DNA of 64,000 nucleotides from Phoronis australis. Taxonomy: Eukaryota > Animalia > Phoronida. This document shows, piece by piece, positions 1-10,168 of the stretch (within the stretch, counting starts at the first letter, position 1; every line of letters begins with the position of its first letter). The stretch lies in assembly GCA_002633005.1 (NCBI GenBank), contig NMRA01000212.1, forward strand, positions 47,272 to 111,271. The letters are read 5' to 3'. The position numbers and the translations under genes were made by a program. Below the pieces are notes generated by a model. The model searched no databases. It was not told the origin of the DNA and saw only the letters and a program-made list of their open reading frames with translations.

Positions 1-51
1 CCACAGGTCATCTTTTGTTGCAGCTCCATACGCTTTGAGTCGAAGATAATC
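1..51 (-). CDS. M1 aminopeptidase exon 10 (partial; gene continues beyond the window)
   Basis: cacag acceptor, then DYLRLKAYGAATKDDLW, matching the M1 YL...Y.N....DLW motif. Confidence 0.88.
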
Positions 52-1549
52 CTGTGAACGTTAAGAACACCGAAATTTTCTTATCGACGTTGTCTTATTA
101 TATTAGCTAGATTATATACGGAAAACTGATGGCAGGTACAACAACGCTAAGAGCATACTAACGCAGAGCTTTCATTGATTTTAACCCAGCGTAAAGAAAA
201 AATGAGTGCTAACTTTTTCATATATTTCTACAAAAGTCGGATCCATCAGGCACCCTCTTCTAATTTAAGAACATATATTGAACGTTTGTCCATCGAAAAA
301 GTATATATTAAAAGAGTGCAATTACAATTTTCCACTAGGGGGCACCACAGATGTCAGATCCCTCCAAAAATCAACACCAGTCGCGTTCACTCAATAGTAA
401 CAAATATGCCAAATATTGCACCATAAAAGAAATTGGTAGGTATTAAGACAAACGCAAAGAAAACAAATTCCCAAAGGTGGCACCACAGTAGCCATATCTG
501 TCCCTAAAGGAACGCCAACCATGCTCTCCTCTGTATGAAACATGTATGTCAAATTTCATGAAGATCCGCTTAATAACTTCGTAGCTTCCACAAAAATTGG
601 CACTACAGTTCTCTATAGCAGTCTGATCTGTGCGTAACTCAACGCCAATCCCACTCTTCAAAATAAGATCAATTGAAGAACTGAGGAAGACACGAAGAAA
701 AATAAATTTTCCTAAGAGGCGCCATGGTTGATCTGATAGATAACTAATGGGGATATGGAACGGATAAGCGCTTATAAGCTACTTGCAGCAATCTAAGCGT
801 CCTTTTCTTGTATGAACAAAAACAATAAATATGCATTTTCAATTAATTCATTCGAGTAACGTGCCACGAAAATAGGCTTCTCAAAAGAGCACAAAAATTT
901 CCAGTTTTGGATCCCAAAGTCACTTTGTAAGATCACCGTAAATAATAGCATTTCTAAGCATATTTCATTGGTTATTTTTTTCTTCGGATTAACTAATGTT
1001 TGACATCTAGGATGAAAAATAGATACGGATTCGCGAGGCCTTTCATCCTGCTTGACGAAGCTTAAGCAGGCAACTAGTATCGACTTATTATGCTGTTGGA
1101 AAGGCGGTCTGGAAACATTTTACTCCATTTCGCTTTGTGCTTATCGACATTTTAAGTCGACATTTTAAACCATTTTGAAACTGGAATCTTGCTGTTGATA
1201 ACCTATCACCTCTAGGTTCCCGCTGAGTTTATTCCACCATCTGATGACGTGAAGCTAAATTTCATGATCATAGGAGGACATGAAATAGGACGGGAGGGAT
1301 CAGTTATTGACACTCTAACCAGGAACATGAACACAGTGCTTAATCAGACGTTTTCGTCCACTTTGTTGCCGAAATATCTGCTCATAAAAGGGTCTAGACA
1401 AAGGATACGATCACGGTCGCGGGCAGACATCTTTTCGGATTTGTATTCATTAAGTCACGTGATGTGATCAAAAAGATGGCGGATTAAACGGGATAAATTG
1501 TTTGCATCAATTCATTTGTTTTTTATACTTCATAGTTTCAACCACTTAC

Positions 1550-1615
1550 AATGAGTCCTGCCTTGAAAATATCCTCGGTTAAGAAAAAGTTCATCATTCT
1601 GATGATGGAAGCACC
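1550..1615 (-). CDS. M1 aminopeptidase exon 9
   Basis: GASIIRMMNFFLTEDIFKAGLI; tttcag/gtaagt. Confidence 0.93.
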
Positions 1616-2257
1616 CTGAAACGAAAACAAACAAGTCACTCAACTAAGAAGCTAATATAGAGTTAGAGAAATAGAAATTGCAAAAATTTATACATGACCA
1701 CTACAGATGACAAAATGAAGTTTCCCGAGATAAAAATTAAGCGGTTGTTTAACGTGCTAATCACTCGTAGCCGTCAATCACAGAACATTCCGTTAACACA
1801 ATTTTAAATATCTAAGAGCAAGTTTAAAGTAGGGTTTTCTGGAATACGCGCTCCTCTTAGGAATAGTTTCATGGAACTGATCCAGAAGGTGCTGCAGCGT
1901 CCTAACCAGCTTTCTAATTACAATCATGTTGAAAATTTTCGAAAGATAAAATTTCTTCAAGTGTTGCAGCTGTTAAAGCAACACGTAATTATCCGGGACA
2001 CCTCGGGTATTTTCGTAGCCTCAGTCTTCTGTGAATAGATATTATCTGTGCGCATGCGACTACTTTAGTCTTACGGCACGTGACAGGTGTGTTCAGAATA
2101 TTCTAAGCACTGTGCTACCTACATGTATTTCTACGACACTTATACTCAAGAACTGCCAGCGCCAACATTTACTGTCTCAGTTCAAGTTCAGACAAGTACA
2201 TACAAACACGAAGCTTTGCATAAATAATTCAGGGATGGCCAAAGTAAAAATACGCAC

Positions 2258-2392
2258 TTTTGCGTACGAAATTCTGTCAAAAATCTCGTTTATTTCGTCG
2301 GGATGATTCACAGGAACGAAGATTGGATGTGAGGAACCAAGCCCGTCGAGCTCCATCACGTCCTGCAGGTCTTCTGTAATGAACTGTTCCAT
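2258..2392 (-). CDS. M1 aminopeptidase exon 8 (catalytic Tyr)
   Basis: MEQFITEDLQDVMELDGLGSSHPI...EIFDRISYAK. Confidence 0.95.
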
Positions 2393-2738
2393 CTGAAAAT
2401 ATAAACAGCATCATCGCCTTTTCGTGACACAAAACACCACTTACAAAAATACGTGATGATACGAGAGTCTTCCTTTTATGAGATTTAATTTCGTATTTAT
2501 CGAAAAAAGTTCCCTATCCATGGTCAGTGGTTCATATTTCTTGAAAAATTGTGGTTCATTTCAGTTCTGTAGTGTTAAAATTAGAGGTAAGTAGGCGCCC
2601 AAAACTCACCGTATCACCTCCAGAACTGAACGTAAGTTACGGTGCGTAGCCGCTACGTTCAAATGCCAAAAGGTGGTTGGCTGTGCCTACGTGCGCCTAC
2701 GCCCAACTTCAGCACTGGGTCATTTACGTATAAAGTCG

Positions 2739-2868
2739 GGCGTGCGTTCAGTAACGCTAGGACCTACGCAAGGACATAACTAAAATCTAGCCAAGTCACC
2801 TGTTCTCATTTAAAATACACGCCAATATCTCACGTAATCTCGCGGAATCTTGCTTTTTAACGGGAGGC
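2739..2868 (+). mobile_element. ~130-155 bp MITE family D, copy 1
   Basis: GGCGTGCGTTCAGTAACGCTAGGACC...AACGGGAGGC; other copies at 28008-28140, 43562-43717 (reverse) and 25255-25425 (reverse, interrupted). Confidence 0.75.
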
Positions 2869-4369
2869 AGGTTCCAAGCCTCGATTTCCCTAGCAAAGCA
2901 TCATCTTTCCAAAGAGGTCATTCATTACTGTACATGTAAATGCAGTCAAAGATTACTCGCCAGACCCAAGCGTCTTGACGACAGTAAAGAACGGAAATAA
3001 ACAGATACAATGAACTTTTATCAAAATAATTATAGAAATGCAGTAATAGCTAGTAACACCGGTAATAGCTAAAAATTGGATTGATTTTTGTATGGATACA
3101 GGTGTACGACGTTTCATAGAAAATTGTGTGAGGGGAACTTTATTATCGCTATGTGCAATTAAATACAAGCGCAGTTCGAGAGATTTCATCTACAGCGCTG
3201 CTATCATTTTTCACATGTATGTGTGGGACGGTTGCTACTCTTGAACATCCAGTGACATCGCAGATGTGTAACCCGATTGCTAATCTGTGTTTTAGGAGGT
3301 GAGATTCACTTCAACGTGATCGGAAGGCGCGTGCATCGACAATATTTCGGCGCAAAACATTTACTAAGCTGTGTTTTGAATTAATGCATTTTAAGAATCA
3401 CGCTCAACATTTCATTTTACATAACGGATGCTTTGTTGTATTCCCACCAAAAGCATTTGGTAACAGACCGGTGCTTTCGATTTTGGGTGCGCTCAAGTAA
3501 CAAAATCGTCGTTTTCCGTAGTGTTGTTTACACGCCGCCTTGGGAGGTCTAAGACCACCACAGTACAGATTTTTGTAGTTTCCCCAAATGTGAAAATATG
3601 GGAGTGGGTCAGGTTTGATGGCAATTCTGTGGTGAAAACGAGAAGCGATTGACACGAATGGTAGAAAAAAACCCAGACATTTGGATCCTGCCCTTTTTAC
3701 ACGGATCCTGCCCTTTTTACACGGATCCGGAAGTCCTGCCAGCATCTGAGCACTTTCTTATTCATCATAATAATGTTGCATGAAAGACGGGTACTCTTCT
3801 GACGAGCAGAAAAAAAATCTGATTGGTAATGGTGTAACTTACTCTGTACACAGGAATCTACAGTAAAAAGCATTAGGATTCTTGTCTCCGCTCAGACAGG
3901 GACCAGGACAGTCGTGAATTTGTAATTTTGGTCATTTTTGTCATCTCAATTTTTTCCGTGGGCATCGCAAGGCAAAAACACATGGCTTTATTATTCTGAA
4001 ACCACATTAGTGTCTTGAGATAGAAAAGAAACCTGCCAGGACCTTTGTTGAACCAGAATACAGAATACGTCGTGATCAGCCGCTCGAAATATGTAGCCCA
4101 TGTTATAACTGACTGTTTCAAAATAAACATACAAGCGTTCCATTATGCATTTGAAAATCAAATAGTATTGCCGTTGATGAAATCCCCCGAATTCTGTGAA
4201 CTCTAATAAGTGACAAATGAAATTCAAAGTGACATGGTAGACGGTGATGCACTGCATGTCACTTCCCAGTTGCTTTTAGTATGTGCACGCATACTATTTG
4301 GATATTCGTGCTTTTAAAAACGCGTTTCCTTTGGCATGAACAACGGAAAAAGAACCAAAAGATTCAAAC

Positions 4370-4483
4370 CATATCCCAAGAAGGCTCCAGGAAATCGGTT
4401 CCAAGATACTCCACGTAACTTGCAAAGCCCTCATTCAACCATAAGTCGTCCCACCAACTGGGAGTCACCAAGTTTCCAAACCA
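4370..4483 (-). CDS. M1 aminopeptidase exon 7 (third zinc ligand)
   Basis: [38 protein letters not shown]; ttcag/gtttga sites. Confidence 0.96.
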
Positions 4484-6258
4484 CTGAAATAAAACAAAGC
4501 GCTATTTAGTTGTTAGCCAAATAACTCACTCTTTGGTGGACGTCGACTTATGCAGAAAACAAACGGATAATCCTCAGACTCGCGGTGAGGAAGTATACAT
4601 AATAAGACGATGAATGCGATTCATTTGCATATTACAGTTATGAGAAAGACTTTCAGAGTTGCGCCTTGGCTAAGATTTTAGAAAAAGCAGAAAAAATCCA
4701 AAGAAGTTCCTACGTAAAACCATTACTCAGTCGAGAGAGCCACCTGAAGCTTCCAAGAGACGATGTCGTTTACTCAATTAGGTATCATCTTCATTGTGGC
4801 GAATAATGTGAATGTCTTGTTTGATAACATTTGCAAAAGTTAAGCTCTTTAACAAGCTTCATGGTTTTAGAAACATGAATGTTGCAGATCATAAAGGCCG
4901 GCTGCGGTAATCAACTTGAAATCTTTGTGGGTGGCTAAGCAATTGGCGTCTGCCCATTTCATTTGGTCTTCTGTTCTGCTCACTGTAGGTTAAAGCTTAC
5001 TGGCATTCTGGAGACGGGTAAGTACTAACAATAACAAATTCAGGACCTCAGCTTGTAGAGACAGAGTTGATCATTTTCATGTCAAATGTATATCCAAAGT
5101 TATTCGCGGGCTTTAGAAGGAGTAAAGCCACCAATACCAGATACATGTACCTGCAAGTCAATTCAATTTTAGAAACAAAAACAAAACATAACGCTTTTAG
5201 AAGAACAAACTCATTAGCAATGCACATTTTGCAATAATATTTATCATACAAATTGCTGATGGAGATAGAGCATGATGTGATACGTAGAAATAATGTGTAG
5301 CGCCAAAGATAAATAAGTATTAATAAAAATACATTGAACCTACTTACACAAGTGAAAACACACACGCACACATATAGGTGCGTGTATTATTGTATAACGT
5401 GTAAGCACAATTGTGTTGGTATACATATGTGTATGTTACGGTGTAATTTAAACTTCATGCAGCAAACAAATTTCAGGAGACTGCGTTTGTCACGAGTTTG
5501 AAAGTTTTATGCACGCCTTTTCTTACTAGTTTCGTTTGAGAGTGAGAGTTTTGAATGGAGCACTAAAAATGTTTTATAGCTCGTCTTGCAGCAGACAGCC
5601 ATATTGTTCCAGATGGTATAATTTCACCGGAGTTCATAGCTGTTGTAGCCTGAGGCCGATCACATTTTAGGCGGGTGTCAAGATTTGTTCTTCTTAAGCA
5701 GTTACTTGTTTCGTGGTCGTTAAATAAGTCAAGTGTTTTCAAGAAACCACAATGCCTAAGTTAAAAATACTGTTAAAATCAACGATAAAACCTTGGTTTC
5801 GTGGGAACTTAAAAAGTTTGTATTCACATTGTTTTCGTCTGTGAAACAAAACTCATAAAGCCAAAATAACAGTTTTGGCGTAAAATAAAAAATGTACCGT
5901 GATCCGTCAGATAATCAACAAAAGTTGATTTTGGTTTTCGGAAAAAGATTTCGTAGAACTACTTCTCTGTAGTTTTATCGGCTGTACGAAGGCCCCTCAC
6001 TATATAGAGGCGGCTATGAACCCTCATCAATTGCTTTAGACCATTTACCGTTATGGAATCGGTGTCATATCATAGGCGGCACTGAAATAAGTGGGGTGGG
6101 GCATACCCCCAACCCCTTATGGTGAGCCGCTCATGCATATTGTAGCTGGAGACAATTCGAAAGAACTGTCAGTTTATCGTTGCTTTAGATCAGTAAAACT
6201 ACATGGGTGCGTCATGATTTAGTGGCAATATGCCGAATCGAGCTTGAAAGCTCTGTAC

Positions 6259-6413
6259 CTGATGAGCTAGTTCGTGTGCGACCACAACAGCAACACGTTG
6301 TTTGTTCGTAGCAGACGAAACTTTGGGATCATACAACAGCGCTGTCTCACGGTAGGTTATTAGGCCCCAATTCTCCATAGCTCCGGCAGCAAAATCTGGT
6401 ATGGCAATCATAT
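6259..6413 (-). CDS. M1 aminopeptidase exon 6 (GAMEN and HEXXH)
   Basis: [29 protein letters not shown]...VVAHELAHQ; catalytic motifs intact. Confidence 0.97.
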
Positions 6414-6822
6414 CTGAAAACAAAGGAATCAAATTCGTTCTTCAGCTACATTTAGGCCACTTAATGTAACACTATTTCGTTTCCGCTTTAACGTGTCTGT
6501 GTTACGTGTTTCTTCCCTATACCAGAAAATTGTAAACGTTTTGCAAAAGCATGAAAAGAGTCTTAAAGAGCAGTCTTTGGGATGCACTATTATCACGCAC
6601 GAACGCTTGTCTTAGTCTTGGAAAGTGGGTGGGTGAGAAAAGTTTGGCTTTAATTCTTTGGCCAACTTTGGGCGAGATAACATCCTCCCATTAAACACAA
6701 TTGATAGTGTCTCTGAAACCATTTCCTGGCGTTTTTGGGCTAACAAAGTGTTGTGAAAACATATTTTGTACTTAGGCACAACGCCTCCATATCAAAGCAA
6801 TTAAGGTGAATTGTCATCTTAC

Positions 6823-6943
6823 CCTGTTTTGGAAGTGGGTACGGTATTTTGAAGTATTCTTCAAAATATTCTAAAATTTCGACTCCCGCTTTCAACGCGT
6901 AAGCTGTTTGGTTGATTGCTTCAGGTCTGGCCCACACTCGAAC
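6823..6943 (-). CDS. M1 aminopeptidase exon 5
   Basis: VRVWARPEAINQTAYALKAGVEILEYFEEYFKIPYPLPKQ; canonical splice sites. Confidence 0.95.
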
Positions 6944-7996
6944 CTGAACAAAAGATAACACATTCGTGTTGTTAAAGTGACATTATCAAGATGATATGTA
7001 TTTGAAATAAGCTTCGAAACAGATTCAAACCCCCGACCTCTGGGGTCGCATTTCGATGTTTTACTAACAGAGCTATAGGTTATGCAGGACACTATCGACA
7101 AGTCTTTGTCTGTAGCCAAACTATAGAGTTTACCTCTGAGTAAAAGTATATATTTTCTGAAGGTAGAAATCTTGTAAAATCTGATTTTGTGGATATTTTA
7201 CCAATCAGCCAGTCTCAGAATCTGTTGGTTCTATTAAAATCACAAAAACAACGGATTTTGCTACGGGTCTAGGCCGAGAGACATTTTTTGTACTCGAAAC
7301 CCAAATTGAAATTATTTTTGTCAATTTCGTTTTAGTGTTGTGAGAACTAAAGATAAATGTTTGAGTTTGCACACATTTTTGGTTACCCGTAGATGACTGC
7401 ACTTGATGAGCCCAGCATTAAATCTATAAATTCGAGTCTGAACTCGAAATCTACAGATTTTACTCGAAATTTCGACTTTTTATTCGAATTTAAGAGACAC
7501 CAACCACAAACTTGAATTAGATACTCATCAATGTAAACCGTGACGTAATCAGGTACAGAATACGAGACATCTACTTTCAGTTCGTAAAAAATACATTAAC
7601 TTAAAAATGTCATTAAGAATTTCTAGTTCTATTTCGAGCAAAAAGACTGGAACCGGGTCCAGGGGAACGCTAAGTCTATCCTAACCAAAAAGGATCCCAA
7701 AATGCGTAGTTGTGGCCCTATAACAGATCGTTTCCTTTTGAAGACGTTCGAATAACCATTCCTGTAACTTTAACTGTAGAAATGACCTCTCGTTGTATGC
7801 AGTTGTGTTCCTGTATACCTTTCAATTTTGGACAAACAATGTTATTTATTGGACAGAACAAAACGTTATCCTACCACACGCCGCTCGCAATCGCAAAACA
7901 ATTAAATAGTTACGCTTTTATCAATGAGTGACGCTGTTATTAAACAGTGACGCTGTTATTAAACAGTGACACTGTTATTAGAATTTTTCTACTTAC

Positions 7997-8114
7997 TGTT
8001 GTGTTCGTTGAGGTGTTTCGCTCTACTGCAACAAAATCACAGACGATGAATGCCAGGAGATAAGTGGACATTTTCACTGTAGTTTCGTAATGGTCAGCAA
8101 TCCAGCCGTTTCCT
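7997..8114 (-). CDS. M1 aminopeptidase exon 4
   Basis: [27 protein letters not shown]...; MSTYL motif; ctag/gtaagt sites; phases consistent. Confidence 0.93.
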
Positions 8115-8249
8115 CTAGAACAAAGCGGCAACAGAAGATGACTCTGAACATTACGAAGTAACTCGCAGTTTGTGTAGTTGATGATCAATCCTATTTCGGA
8201 GGGAATGTCTATTTCGCCGCGGGGACCCATTCTGGGTGACAGTAGTGTA

Positions 8250-8462
8250 GGATGGTGATGGTGGCGGGGCAGTCGTGATGGGTGGTGGTAATAGGTGGTG
8301 GTAATGGGTGGTGGGAGGTGATGGAGATGGTGGGAGGTGGTGTCGGGTGATGCTGGTGAGTGATGGTGGTGGGCGATGGTGATGGTGGGTGGTGATGGTG
8401 ATGGTGGATGGCTGGTTTTGGGGGAGGTAGTGATGGTGGTGGTGGTGGTTGCGGGTGGCGAT
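8250..8462. repeat. Degenerate (GGT/GAT)n microsatellite in aminopeptidase intron 3
   Basis: Visible low-complexity tract; it generates spurious His/Pro/Thr-rich ORFs. Confidence 0.9.
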
Positions 8463-9023
8463 GAATATGAATTGTAACAACTATATGTACCCACCCTGTA
8501 TTTAAATTAAAAAAAGTGCCGTCCAGTGCCCAGGTACTTATTTTCAAAGCAATCCCCAAGCAAACACATTTTCGAAAATAGGGTTGAGATTGTTTAAGGT
8601 AAACTTTCATCTATTTTATCAATTCTCATCACCATTGCGTATGTATTGGCTTTTTACTATCAGTTCTTCAAAGTTAGAAAGCGCGGAATCCCGTGTCAAG
8701 AAACTGTGGCGTCTCATCATAATTGTTGGCGCACAACCACGAATTCAAACCTTATAACTTAAAAATTCAGATATTAAGTTTATTTTGAAAAAATGGCAAC
8801 GTGAGAGCATCCTGAGATAATAAATTACGGTGTAACTGGTTAGCACTGGAAATCGTTTTGAAATGACTCGGAAGCTTATTTTAAAATCTTGCTTCGGGGG
8901 TACAAAATACAACTATTTATGATTGACAACTAGTACGATCTTATAAATTTCAAAATGGTTTGTAACTCACATAATCTCGTTTGTAATTAGTTGGATTGCA
9001 TTTCGCGCTTTTCGATAGCGTAC

Positions 9024-9179
9024 CTGTCTTCTTTCTCCCTGATTGGCATATTTGAAATGCTGACCATGTGACTTTTCCTAACTAACGTAACCGTAAAATT
9101 TGATTTAATAGCTGGTTCATCAAAACACGGGAATGTTTTCCTGGCATCGGTCGGCTGCAATTGTGTTGTGGCTATATAT
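9024..9179 (-). CDS. M1 aminopeptidase exon 3, variant A (canonical APN-type)
   Basis: tttag acceptor, gtacgc donor, 156 nt, phase 2-2. Encodes YIATTQLQPTDARKTFPCFDEPAIKSNFTVTLVRKSHMVSISNMPIREKED(R). Confidence 0.93.
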
Positions 9180-9250
9180 CTAAAAACAAACACACCAAAA
9201 AATCAAAAATACAAACACGCAATATAACAGAACATGTGATCAAGGCTCAC

Positions 9251-9406
9251 CTATTTGTTTCGACGAGCCGGGGCATATTTGATAGGCTAATCATCGTTGC
9301 CTTTCTCACGAGGACCATTTTGAACTTAGATTTGAATGCCGGTTCGTCAAAACAAGGAAAAACTTTGCGAGCGAAAGTAGGAGCCAAAAAACTAGTTGCA
9401 ATATGT
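9251..9406 (-). CDS. M1 aminopeptidase exon 3, variant B (candidate mutually exclusive exon)
   Basis: tttcag acceptor, gtgagc donor, 156 nt, phase 2-2, no stop. Encodes HIATSFLAPTFARKVFPCFDEPAFKSKFKMVLVRKATMISLSNMPRLVETN(R). Not in the ORF track. Confidence 0.85.
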
Positions 9407-9663
9407 CTGAAATAAAAAGGCACATTTTAAAAGAATATCATTGGTATTAGTCCTGTTGCTTAGGAACTGATGTATTTCACGAACATTCAAGTTTTGAATA
9501 AAAAATATTTCCCCATCTAATTGTAAAAGACTATTAAGGAAATAAAATAATCTTTGCACCGAACGAAAAAATCTCATGGACCTTCAAATGTTGAAGGTTT
9601 AGAGCTAAATCTTAGACACTACAACAAACGACGCTCGTTATCCCAGACTTAAGTAGTACCTAC

Positions 9664-10168
9664 ACTGTTTTATTGCGCTCTTTATCGTAGTATGAGCTCC
9701 GATAGATACCGGCGAGATCATCTGCTAACCAACCAACAAAGCCTATCTTCAAAACGTATGTTTTCCCTGTCTCTAGAGCATTTCTCAGTGGCAAGACAAA
9801 AAATTGACGTTCCTTATCCTCAGTATAATCGTCAGTCGTAATCAGGTTTCCTCCTTTTTCTTCGAAACTGAAGTTTGTTACGTTGAGCTTATTGATATGA
9901 ACCTTGACCTCACGGGTGGGGGAAACACAAAGCAAATCGATCTCCACACTACCATTGAACGTAAAGTCTTTGGGATCTCCTTCATACATGTTTGGCTGCA
10001 ACTCCACCAGATAATGAACAGGATCTAAGTCAGTTGGAAGACGGACATTCGTAACATTTGGCGGGCTTGTGGTAGAGGATGGCGCGTTTGTTGTAGAGGA
10101 TGCCGAACCGGTTGAGGCCGATGCTGTAGGCTTAACAGTTGTGGTGTGGACGTCAGTTGAACATGGGC
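9664..10168 (-). CDS. M1 aminopeptidase exon 2: Ser/Thr-rich stalk and domain I
   Basis: taag acceptor, GT donor (gtaggt). Encodes PCSTDVHTTTVKPTAS...NVRLPTDLDPVHYLVELQP...DDLAGIYRSSY, containing the RLP..P.HY and G.YRS.Y M1 motifs. Confidence 0.93.

Noticed and set aside
7940-8610. His/Pro/Thr-rich ORFs in three frames
   Set aside because: They are translations of a GGT/GAT microsatellite; only 7997-8114 is a real exon.
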